Source: the human T2T-CHM13v2.0 reference genome, Homo sapiens
Direction: 5' to 3' (one strand)
NCBI RefSeq assembly: GCF_009914755.1
Contig: NC_060938.1
DNA length: 64,000 bases
Under the pieces are notes generated by a model. The model did no database searches. It was given only the letters and a program-made list of their open reading frames with translations, and had not been told where the DNA came from. The stretch's first letter is position 1. Each line of letters starts with the position of its first letter. The position numbers were made by a program, and so were the translations under genes. Positions 1 to 64,000 of the stretch are shown here, piece by piece.

Positions 1-51195
<51,195 letters not shown>

Positions 51196-51297
51196 CTAGG
51201 AACTCGGGGCTCCCGTCACTGCCCTGCTCCCGCCTCCGCCATGATCTCCGCGAAGCAGCTTCCCGCGCCGCCGCCGCCTCCTCAGGCCGCCGCCGCC

Positions 51298-51309
51298 GCC
51301 GCCATATTT
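51298..51309 (-). promoter_or_regulatory. Second YY1-like site (AAATATGGCGGC), overlapping a uORF start
   Basis: ATGGCGGC core followed by a GCG run. Confidence 0.6.
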
Positions 51310-51524
51310 TCCTTCCTTATACCTGGCCCTGCCACCGCGGCCAGTGGCTCCCTTCCGCTCCCCCTGTTTTAAACGTCAGAAGCCGACAGGCGCCTGATCC
51401 TGCTGCAACTGCTACCACTGCCCGGGAGACTCTGAGGGCCCCCGGCCGCCCAAGCGACCCGGACTAGTGGAAGTCGGTTTCCCTCCGCCGCCGTCTCTTC
51501 CGTCTTCCTCACACAGCCAAAACC

Positions 51525-51536
51525 GCCGCCATCTTG
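51525..51536 (-). promoter_or_regulatory. YY1 consensus site (CAAGATGGCGGC)
   Basis: Exact match to the YY1 motif typically found just downstream of housekeeping-gene TSSs. Confidence 0.75.
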
Positions 51537-52542
51537 GTTCGCCCCTCAAAAGCGGCGCGCGGGGCCACCCAGGGAGCAGCTGCAGGGGCGGCTCGTAGCC
51601 CCACCATTTAAAGAGACAGCAGCGAGACCGGGAGCCTTACTGCGGCGGAGGCTTCCGACGGAGGCGGGAGGCGGGCGCGGAGTTGCCGAGGTGGCGGGAG
51701 CGCAGGGAGCGGAGGAGGCGGGACGCAGATTGCGCCGGTGACAGCCCGAGGCTCCCTCCCGCCTCCTTGCACGCACCGTCGTGCGAGCGCTGGGCGGTGT
51801 GTGCGTCCGTCGCGCCCTGTGTTCGTCATCAGCCCCGCTCCAGGATGCACGAGGGGCGTGGATACGTTTGCGGCCTCTGCCCGCGGGCCCCGGCGCTTCG
51901 GCCTCGCCTCCGCCCGCCGCCACCTTCCCTTGTTCCTGCCCCGTCCCTGCCTCTGCCCCTGCCCCTGGCCTGCGGACGCCGGGCAGCGTGGGCCTGGGCC
52001 CCTACCCGCTTCCGAGAGCGTTTTCCCGGGGCCGCCTTTATGGCTGAGTCGGGCGCTCGGGACCCACCCGGCGCCTTGCGGACTTGAGGGAATGAAATGG
52101 AAACGCTTCCGGGGAAGGTCGCGGGTGTGGGCGCCTAGGTCGGCGCAGCCTTGGGAGCCGCCGTGGGTCGCGGACTGGCGTGGCCAGTGTGGAAACTTGG
52201 GACTGTTTGCGATTTCTGGGCGTGGGACCGAGTTCCAAGTGACAATTCTAAAACTTCACCTTACAGCCTAGGCAAGCCCCAAGTGCTCCATTCCTTCATC
52301 CCTATCAGAACTGTCTGCCAGCCTTTCTTGTCGGAAAAGGAACTTAAGGCGCTCACAAAAACAAATGCGACACTGTGTAATCGGGAGGAGTAATTCTCAG
52401 CATTAGGTAGTCCTGTGTTTTGAAGACCTACTTGATGTCAAGTATTGTTGATCTTCACAAAGGAATATCATTCTCGTTCCTATCATGCAGCTCATATGCC
52501 ACCATTTTGGTGGCTTTTACCATTTGCCAGGCCTTGCCAGGT

Positions 52543-53497
<955 letters not shown>

Positions 53498-54018
53498 TTC
53501 GAGTGCTTGACATTGCCAGGAATCTTTTAAACTTGCAATGTGGCCGGGCGCAGTGGCTCACACCTGTAATCCCAGCACCTTGGGAGGCTGAGGCAGGCGG
53601 ACTGCTTGAGGCCAGGAGTTCGAGACCAGCCTGGCCAACATGGCAAAACCCTGACTCTACTAAAAATACAGAAATTAGCCAGGTATGGTGGTGTGCGCTT
53701 GTAGTCCCAGCTACTTGACTGTCTGAGGCACGAGAATCCGCTTGAACCTGTGGAGGCGGTGAGTGCAGTGAGCCGAGATTGTACCACTGCACTCCAACCT
53801 GGGTGTCAGAGCAAGACTCTGTCTTAAAAAAAAAAAAGAAAAGAAAAAGAAGAAACCTGTAAAGTAACTGGTGTTACACCCATCTATTAGGAAGGAAGCT
53901 AATAGCATGAACAGGGCTGAGGGGTTTCTGGGATACAGGACTTTCAGTTTTAAAATCCTTTAGAAGTTGGGACCTTCCTCCCCAACAACTTAAAATATAA
54001 ACAGGGCGCGGTGGCTCA

Positions 54019-54739
<721 letters not shown>

Positions 54740-54969
54740 TGAGAGCAATTTTGTCAATTTTTGATGCAATGAAGACATCAGTAAATTTATTCATATGCTA
54801 ATACTTATTTGATCCCCAAACCAAACATGAAATACTTTGTAGAAAATAATAAAGTAAATTAAAAAGAAATTATTTAGTATATGGAATAAGGTTAAAAATT
54901 ATAGTTTATGGAACATACCATAAAATATTAGATTTAAATGAAATTTAATACAATACAATCTTAACAGTT

Positions 54970-55980
54970 CTATGAGTCTAGATTCTACCAGAGAAACAAC
55001 CAGTAGAATACATCTACACAAGGATGGAGAGAGTTATCTCAAGAAATTTGTTTGCATGATAGTGCAGTCTGGCTAGGCAAGTCTAAAGTATGTAGGACAG
55101 GTTAGCAGCAGAGGGGAAGCTCTGAGGCAGGAGCTGACACTGCAGTCAACAAATTCTTCCTTGGAGAAATATATTTGCTCCTTTTTTTTTTTCTTTTGAG
55201 ACAGAGTCTCACTCTGTCGCCCAGGCTGGAGTGCAGTAGCACAATCGCAGCTCACTGCAACCTCTGTCTCCCCAGGTTCAAGGAATTCTCATGCCTCAGC
55301 CTCCCAAGCAGCTGGAACTATAGGTCTGTGCCACCATGCCTCGCTAATTTTTGTATTTTTAGTAGAGATGGGGTTTCACCAAGTTGGCCAGGCTGGTCTC
55401 GAACTCCTGACCTCAAGTGATCTGCCTGCCTCAGATTCCCGAAGTGCTGGGATTACAGGCTTGAGCAACCACACCCAGTCCTGATTTGCTTTTAAGACCT
55501 TTAGCTGATTGGATGAGACCCATCCAGATAACTTGGGATAATTTTCCTTTAAAGTCAACTGGTTGTGGATGTTTAATCACATCTACAAGTACTCCCACAG
55601 CAATGCTTAGATTAGTGTTTGAATAACTGGGTAGTATAGCCTAGCCAAATTGCCAGAAGAGCTGGGTGTGGTTGTTCATACCCATAATCCTCGCATTTTA
55701 GGAGGCTAAGTGGGAGGATTGCTTGAGGCCAGGAGTTCGAGACCAGCCTGGGAAACCCTATCTCTACAGAAAATACAAAAATTAGCTAGGTATGGTGCTG
55801 TGTGCCTGTAGTTCCAGCTAGTCAGGAGGCTGAGGCAGGAGGATCCCTTGAGTCCAGGGGGTAGAGGCTACAGTGAGCCAAGATCACACCACTGCACTCC
55901 AGCTTTGACAACAGAGTTAAACCCTGTCAGTAAGAAAAACAAACACATGCAAAAAAATAAATTGCCACAAAACTAACTTA
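54970..55980 (-). mobile_element. MLT2 (ERVL) LTR fragmented by two Alus
   Basis: gattggatgagaccca...taaagtcaactg...tagattagtgtttga...tatagcctagccaa motifs. Confidence 0.65.
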
Positions 55981-56699
55981 TAATAATTTAATCATATTCC
56001 ATGCACAAATGGTGATATGGTTAAGAAAATTCCTAATGGAATTCAATAAGGGAGGTTGCAAATCACAAAAGGCTGAGATACGTTGTCTTAGTGGTCAAGC
56101 GTGTGGAGGATGGATCACCAGTCCAGGTACTGCCTCTTAGCAGTTGTGTGACATTTCCAAGCTTCTTCAGCTCTCTGTACCTCAGTTTCCTCATTTGTAA
56201 GATAGGAATAATGTTAACGTCTAGGGTTGTAAGAAATAAGAAACTGATTCTTCATTCTTCCTGTGCTCTAAACATAAAGCTTTCCCACTGAACCTTTGTA
56301 CCTTCACCTGCATGCATAACATAGATTTGTAAAATATGTACTGGAAGGAGCCTGTTCATTATGTAGTATCTGTACCTGTTTATGTTACTTACCTTGATCC
56401 ATGTTGCATTCATCATTTTATAATATTGCCTGCCTTAGGTTTAAAATCCTGGAAAGGACAGGGACAAGGCTGCTGGCTTGTACGCTGCCCATATCCAGAA
56501 GGTGCCACCAACGTAGATGACCTCTGTGTTTGCCAGTGAAGATAATGTTGTCTGTATGGTGAAAAGGGCATACCACCAGAAGTTAGAGGAGTTGAGTCCT
56601 CATTTTGGTTCAGCCACTAAGTTGGTGGTCTAGGATAAGACCTTAGCCTTTTTTGGCCTTAGTTTTCTAATCCTGATAAGATGACTTAAAATTTTTTAA

Positions 56700-58520
56700 A
56701 ATTTATTTTTATTTTATAAATATATTTTTTATTGACACATAATATTTGTAAATATGAGGTACAAGTGATATTTTGTTACATGCATAGAATGTGTAATGAG
56801 CAAGTCAGGGTATTTAGAATATCTACCACCATGAGCATTTATCAATTCTGTGTGTTGAGAACATTTCAAGTCCTCACTTGTAGCTATTTTGAAATGTACA
56901 ATACATTGTTGTTAGCTATAGTCACCCTACTGTGCTACAGAACATTGTAACTTATTCCTTCTGAAACGACCTTTGCAAAATTATGACAGTAAAAGAAATC
57001 TGACATAGTGGACTCCATCTTGTGTCTGACCCCCAAGCTGTCCTTTGTCATTCCTGGGCATAGGCCAAGCTAGCTTTGGGAGGAATTCAGTTTATAGTTT
57101 AACTTGAAAACAAGGACAATAACAATTCCTCCCTAAAACTAACCCCTTCCTTGCTCAGGGACAGAAAACTGCATTTTTAAGACTAATGAAAGGCCACAAG
57201 AATAGCATTATGGGAGGAGCATGAACTCTGCTAAAACGTAGGCATAATTTCTATAACCCATTACGGCGCAGGAGTCCTGTGGCCGGAGGTCACAAGACTT
57301 GTGACCTTCCCAATTGCTCCTATAGATAACAACAATATTGTTGAACCTAAGATTGTTTTTTCTGAGATGTTTTTCAGACTGACCCCACCCAGACTCATGA
57401 CTCAACTGGTCCTGTGACCCCACCCAGAGGCGGACTCAGCACACACCTTTATGATTTCATCTTCAAGCAGTCAGCAGTACCCATTCCCTAGTCTCCTGCC
57501 CACCAAATTGTCCATAAAAACCCTAGCCTCTGAGCCTTCAGGGAAACTGATTTGCGTGATAACTCCAGTTCTCACAAGTGGGTGGCCTCTAGTCAGTTAC
57601 ACTCTTTCTTACTGCAGTGCCGTGGTCTCAGTGGATTGATTTTGTCTGTGCAGCAGGCAGGAAGAATCCCTTGGGCAGTTACATTTCTATTTATTATAAC
57701 TGCATGTTTGCATGTTTGTACCACCCCCCCCCCACTTTTTTGTAGGCAGAGTCTCACTCTGTCACCCAGGATGGAGCGCAGTGGTGCGATTTCAGTCACT
57801 GCCTCAGCCTCCTGAGTAGCTGGGAGCACAGGTGCTCACCACCATGCCCAGCTAATACTTGTAATTTTTTTTAGACATGGGGTTTCACCATGTTGCCCAG
57901 ACTGATCTCAAACTCTTGAACTCAAGCGATCTGCCCACCTTGGCCTCCCAAAGTGCTGGGATTACAGGCGTTAGTCACTGTGCCTGGCTGTTTGTACCCA
58001 TTAATTAGCCATTGTTTGTCCTAACCCTCAACATCCTTCCCAGACTCTGGTAACTATCATTCTACTCTGTACCTCTATGAGATCAGCTTTTTTAGCTTCC
58101 ACACCAGTGAGTGCATGTGATACTTGTCTTTTTGTGTCTGGCTTATTTCACTTAATATAATGACCTCCAGTTCCGTCCATGTGGCTGCAAATGACATGAT
58201 TTCATTCTTTTTTATGGCTGAAAAATATTCCATTGTGTAAATATGCCACATTTTCCTTATCCATTCTTCTGATGATGGACACTGTTGTGAATAATGCTGC
58301 AATAAACATGGGGATGCATGTATCCCTTTGAAATTGTGATTTCCTTTCCTTTGGTTATATGCCCAGTAGTGGGATTGCGGTATCGTTTGGTAGTTCTATT
58401 TTTAGTTTTTTGAGAAATCTCCATACTGTTCTCCATAATGTCTGTACTAATTTACATTCCAACCGCAGTGTATGAGAGTTCCCTTTTCTCTGAATCCTTA
58501 CCAGCATCTGTTATTTTTCT
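56700..58520 (-). mobile_element. L1MA-type 3' end, interrupted by LTR8 and an Alu
   Basis: Minus-strand remnant WIRKMWHIYTMEYFSAIKKNEIMSFAATWTELEVIILSEISQ (L1 ORF2 C-terminus) plus typical L1 3' UTR. Confidence 0.85.
56962..57683 (+). mobile_element. Solo ERV1 LTR, LTR8 family (LTR8B-like), inserted into an L1
   Basis: TG...CA termini (tgaaacgacctttgcaaaattatgacag...gggcagttaca); near-TSD cttc/tttc; L1 sequence resumes on both sides. Confidence 0.85.
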
Positions 58521-58671
58521 GAAATGATGATGATTTTTAAGGAAACTTCTAGCTTTCAGATTCTGTTAAGTGTGCAATGATGGTTGTAAGAACAATAGAA
58601 ATCACTAAATTCTCCCCATAAAGGTGGATGTCGATATGACCACACATGAGCATTTTTATGACATTCATTAG

Positions 58672-59047
<376 letters not shown>

Positions 59048-59173
59048 TAATCCACCCGCCTCAGCCTCCCAAAGTGCTGGGATTACAGGCGTGAGCCACT
59101 GTGCCCGGCCTTTTGTCCTATTTTCATAAGTTATGTACATACTTAATTTGCAATGTAATATTTGTGATAAAAT

Positions 59174-59627
59174 TATTACAGAAAAATTATTCATGATGCT
59201 ATTAAAGATTATAAGGCAGACTTTATTCAAAGGGAGCCATGGTGATAGGTATAGGGACCATTGCAATGGGGTCTCACAGTCGGGGAGAGAGATTGGACTC
59301 AACTCTGTCTCCAACAAGGATGAGTGAGGATTTATCACCAAGGAGCAAGTTGGGAGTGGGTGGAAAATTGCTAAGAAGAAACATGAAGGATAAGAGGTTT
59401 CTGGCTAAACCAACTTGATAGGATTATTGCTAAAGGCAGATCAGCGTGATAAGATGTGGAGGCTGGACAGATATAAGTGTGGAAGACTTTTCACTAAACC
59501 AATTTGTCAGGATTCTTGCTCAAACTGGATTTAATAAGGACAGAAAGAGAAGCCCAAGGTCGAGCCTAGTGCAGGGAGGACTCAGAGGAGCCTGACTGAG
59601 GTTTTGGTCAAAGGAGAGTCTTTGTCA
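59174..59627 (-). mobile_element. MER31-family solo LTR
   Basis: Minus strand begins tgacaaagactctcctttgaccaaaacctcagtcaggctcctctgag. Confidence 0.75.
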
Positions 59628-59898
59628 AATGTTGAAGTTTCCCTTATCCTACCCTTAACATAATGACGTTGGGAACAAATCAGAAAAGAAACATAATTTT
59701 AGATAAAAGCTGGAGCAGCCACAAACTAACAGCTTAGAACTCACTACCATTCACAATTCATTCCTTTATATGTAAAAACAACCTCACAACGTGCTGACAA
59801 GCAAGTCTTCCTAGTTAACAATAATCAAAACAAATGGGAAATATATTTGTAAAGAACAAAGCGAATCAAAGAAATTCCTTAAATCTGTCATTCAGCTA

Positions 59899-60490
<592 letters not shown>

Positions 60491-61026
60491 TTAGGATTAC
60501 AGGCATGAACCACTGTGCCTGGCCTAAAATGGCAAATTTTATGATAAGTATATTTTGCCATGATAAAAGAAACCTACACTTTAGAAGCTGAATTCTGGTG
60601 GTGATATTGAAGACAGATTGAAGAAGGTCAAGACCGGAGTCCGGGAGGCCTGCTTGGACATGATGTCTTAGCTAGCAAGAGATTCTCAGGAGGGCCTGCA
60701 CCAGCACCAGGGCAGAGTTTTGGAAACAGAAGGGTGATGACAGAGCTATTTTAGATATACAGTCAAGAAGAATAAGACACTCACTGACCATTGAGGTGGG
60801 GAGGAGTCATGGATTTCTAATATTTCCAAGTCACATGACAGAAAGAATATGGGAAAGGGAACACAAAAGAAAATTTGATAGAAATAAGTATAATTTACAA
60901 AATGAAAAATACAAAAGCAGTTTTAATTAAAGGATTGTGAAGCAATCATTGCCTCTTTATCTAGGTGCAGTGCAGTCAACTCTGTTCTGTATTATTTGCA
61001 GGACCAAAGTTCATTAGTGGGGCTAA

Positions 61027-61299
<273 letters not shown>

Positions 61300-62262
61300 T
61301 GATCCACCCGCCTCGGCGTCCCAAACGGGAGTATAGGCCTGAGCCACCACGCCTGGCCGTAGTCTTTCTATCCCTAAATTTTCTTGACATCAAGGTACAA
61401 GAGATAAGTCTATCAGATGAGGTTAAAGTCTGTTTTAAGTTATGAAATGTATTATACATACACAAAAATATATAAACATATTGTACAATTTATTGAATAA
61501 GATGAACTGTGAATTGCCATCTAAAGTACATCTTTCTTGTTTTGTTTGTTTTTTGTTTGCTTGAGACAGAGTCTCATTCTGTCGCCCAGGCTGTAGTACA
61601 GTGGCGCAATCTTGGCTCACTGCAACCTCTGCCTTCCAGGTTCAAGCAATTCTTATGCCTCAGCCTTCTGAGTAGCTGGGGTTACAGGTGTGCACCACTG
61701 TGCCAGGCTAATTTTTTATTTTTTGTAGAGAGGGGGCTTTACCATATTGGCCAGTCTGGTCTCAAGCTCCTGGCCTGCCCCCCTTGGCTTCCCAAGTGCC
61801 AAGATTACAGGTATGAGCCCCCATGCCCAGCCTCAGATAGATCTTTACCATTATCTTAGAAGTACTCCGTGACACCTTTCCTTTCCATCCTCCATCAGGA
61901 GAATCACTTGTTCCTTTGTTTTTCTTTTTAGTGTTAACTCCAACATACTAATTTCTGGTGACAGAAGTCCTCATCTGCACATATCTTCTCAATTAAACTG
62001 GCGATGAGCCCTTCCGGTACAAAAACGAAGTGGACCAGGCCTCCGGCCATGGAGCCTCTCCTAGCTCTTCATCCCACTCGAACACTTTCCCCTCTCCCAA
62101 CTGTCCCAGTTGTAACTCAAAGGGTGGCATATCAAGGTCTTTAAATATATATATGAATTTCTAAACGATATGCTATTAATGTGTAAAGAACTGAAAAACA
62201 AGCACAAAATTAGCTGTGTAAAAAAAAAGACTACTGCCACTGTTAGAAAAAGACTCAGTCAT

Positions 62263-62595
62263 TGCTATAGACTGAATGTTTTTGTGCCCCAAATTTCATA
62301 TGTTGCAACCCTGACTCCAAAGCTGCTGGTATTTGGAGATGGGGCCTTGGGAGATCATTAGGTCATAAGGGTGGGGCCCTTGTGATGGGATGAGTGATCT
62401 TATAAGAAATGTGAGGGTTTTTCCTCTCTCTGTTCTCTGCCATGTGAGGATACAATGAGAAGACCATGCACAAACCAGGAAGTAGCCCTCACCAGACACC
62501 AGATCTGCTGTTTGCTCTTGGACTTTCCAGCCTCCAGAACTGTGAGCCACTCAGTACATGGAGTTTTGTGACAGCAGCTTGAGCACACTAAGACA
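62263..62595 (+). mobile_element. MLT1A-type MaLR solo LTR
   Basis: tgctatagactgaatg...ctaagaca termini with a perfect 5-bp TSD, gtcat (62258-62262 and 62596-62600). Confidence 0.85.
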
Positions 62596-62703
62596 GTCAT
62601 AGTCTGGGTAACTGCCTGGATTCAGCTTTCCTCAGAGCTCATAAATGCCCCTTCTGGAGAATTCAGTGGGCAAAGCTGTGAGTGAGTCCTGGGAAACAAA
62701 GAC

Positions 62704-62895
62704 TTCCCCTTCTGGAGCATCTGTAGGTTCCCCTTCTGAAGCATCTTCAGGTTCCCCTTCTGGAGCATCTGCAGGTTCCCCTTCTGGAGCAACTGCAGGT
62801 TCCCCTTCTGAAGCATCTGCAGGTTCCCATTCTGGAGCATCTGCAGGTTCCCCTTCTGGAGCATCTGCAGGTTCCCCTTCTGGAGCATCTGCAGG
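62704..62895. repeat. 24-bp minisatellite, 8 copies (TTCCCCTTCTGGAGCATCTGCAGG)
   Basis: Eight contiguous units with 0-2 substitutions each and no spacers. Confidence 0.95.
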
Positions 62896-63272
62896 GCTGA
62901 GCATGGGGAAGGGATTGGTCAGAGGAGTGACCACTTTCTATTTTCTACTTTCAGGAGATGTTCTCAACTCTTCTTTCCAACTCAACTATTAATGTCTTTT
63001 TCTTTTTTTTTAGAAACAGAGTCTCACTCTGTTGCCTAGGCTAGGGTTTAGTAGCATGATCATAACTCACTGTAACCTTGAACTCCTGGGCTCCAGTGAT
63101 CCTCCTGCCTCAGCCTCCAGAGTAGCTAGGACCACAGGCCTGTACCACCACACCTGGCTAATTTTATTTTTTTTTAATTTTTGTAGAAATGAGGTCTTGC
63201 TATGTTGCCCAGGCTGGACTCAAACACCTGGTCTCAAGTGATCCTCCCACCTTGGCTTCCCACCTTGTATAG

Positions 63273-63668
<396 letters not shown>

Positions 63669-64000
63669 TGAACTCCTGACCTTGTGATCCACCTGCCTCA
63701 GCCTCCCAAAGTGCTGGGATTACAGGCGTAAGCCACCGCGTCCAGCCTGTTTCTTTCTTAAAGTATTTCATTTTTGTTTTATGGATATCACATCTTCTGT
63801 CTCTGAGGATATTGGCAGGTTTTTATAAATTTTTTTTTTTTTTTGAGACATGATCTGGCTCTGTTGCCCAGGCTGGAGTGTAGTGGTTTGATCATAGTTC
63901 ACTGCAGTCTCAAACTCCTGGGCTTAAGTGATCCTTCTACCTCAACCTTCTGAGTAGCTAGGACTACAGGCATGCACCACCACACCTTGCTAATTTTTAT

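Noticed and set aside
58075-58302. 75-aa ORF with protein-like sequence
   Set aside because: It is a remnant of the L1 ORF2 C-terminus.
62704-62895. CRISPR-like array
   Set aside because: The units are contiguous with no unique spacers, there are no cas genes, and the DNA is human. It is a minisatellite.

Overview
Human (primate) genomic DNA, very Alu-rich. It contains the complete coding span of PPP4R3A (SMEK1, PP4 regulatory subunit 3A) on the minus strand: 15 coding exons from the ATG at 50895 to the TAA at 1-3. The exons sum to 2502 nt (833 aa), or 820 aa with the alternative exon-7 donor. All junctions are GT-AG with consistent phases. A CpG-island promoter with YY1 motifs lies at about 50.6-52.2 kb. 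Beyond it are about 12 kb of upstream DNA made of Alu, L1, solo LTRs (LTR8B-like, MER31, MLT1A, MLT2) and a 24-bp x8 tandem repeat. The most interesting signals suggest post-transcriptional control, and all are inferences to test: (1) a candidate poison exon in intron 10 whose splicing creates a stop codon at the junction; (2) islands of dense, partly perfect short inverted repeats in unique intronic sequence, some overlapping cryptic splice sites; (3) three same-frame uORFs in the leader, one running through a GCG repeat; (4) an exon 3+4 circle with an endless ORF; (5) a (UG)19-flanked cryptic exon with TDP-43-type architecture. Repeat family names come from recalled consensus sequences, not a database search, and repeat boundaries are approximate unless target-site duplications (TSDs) are quoted.
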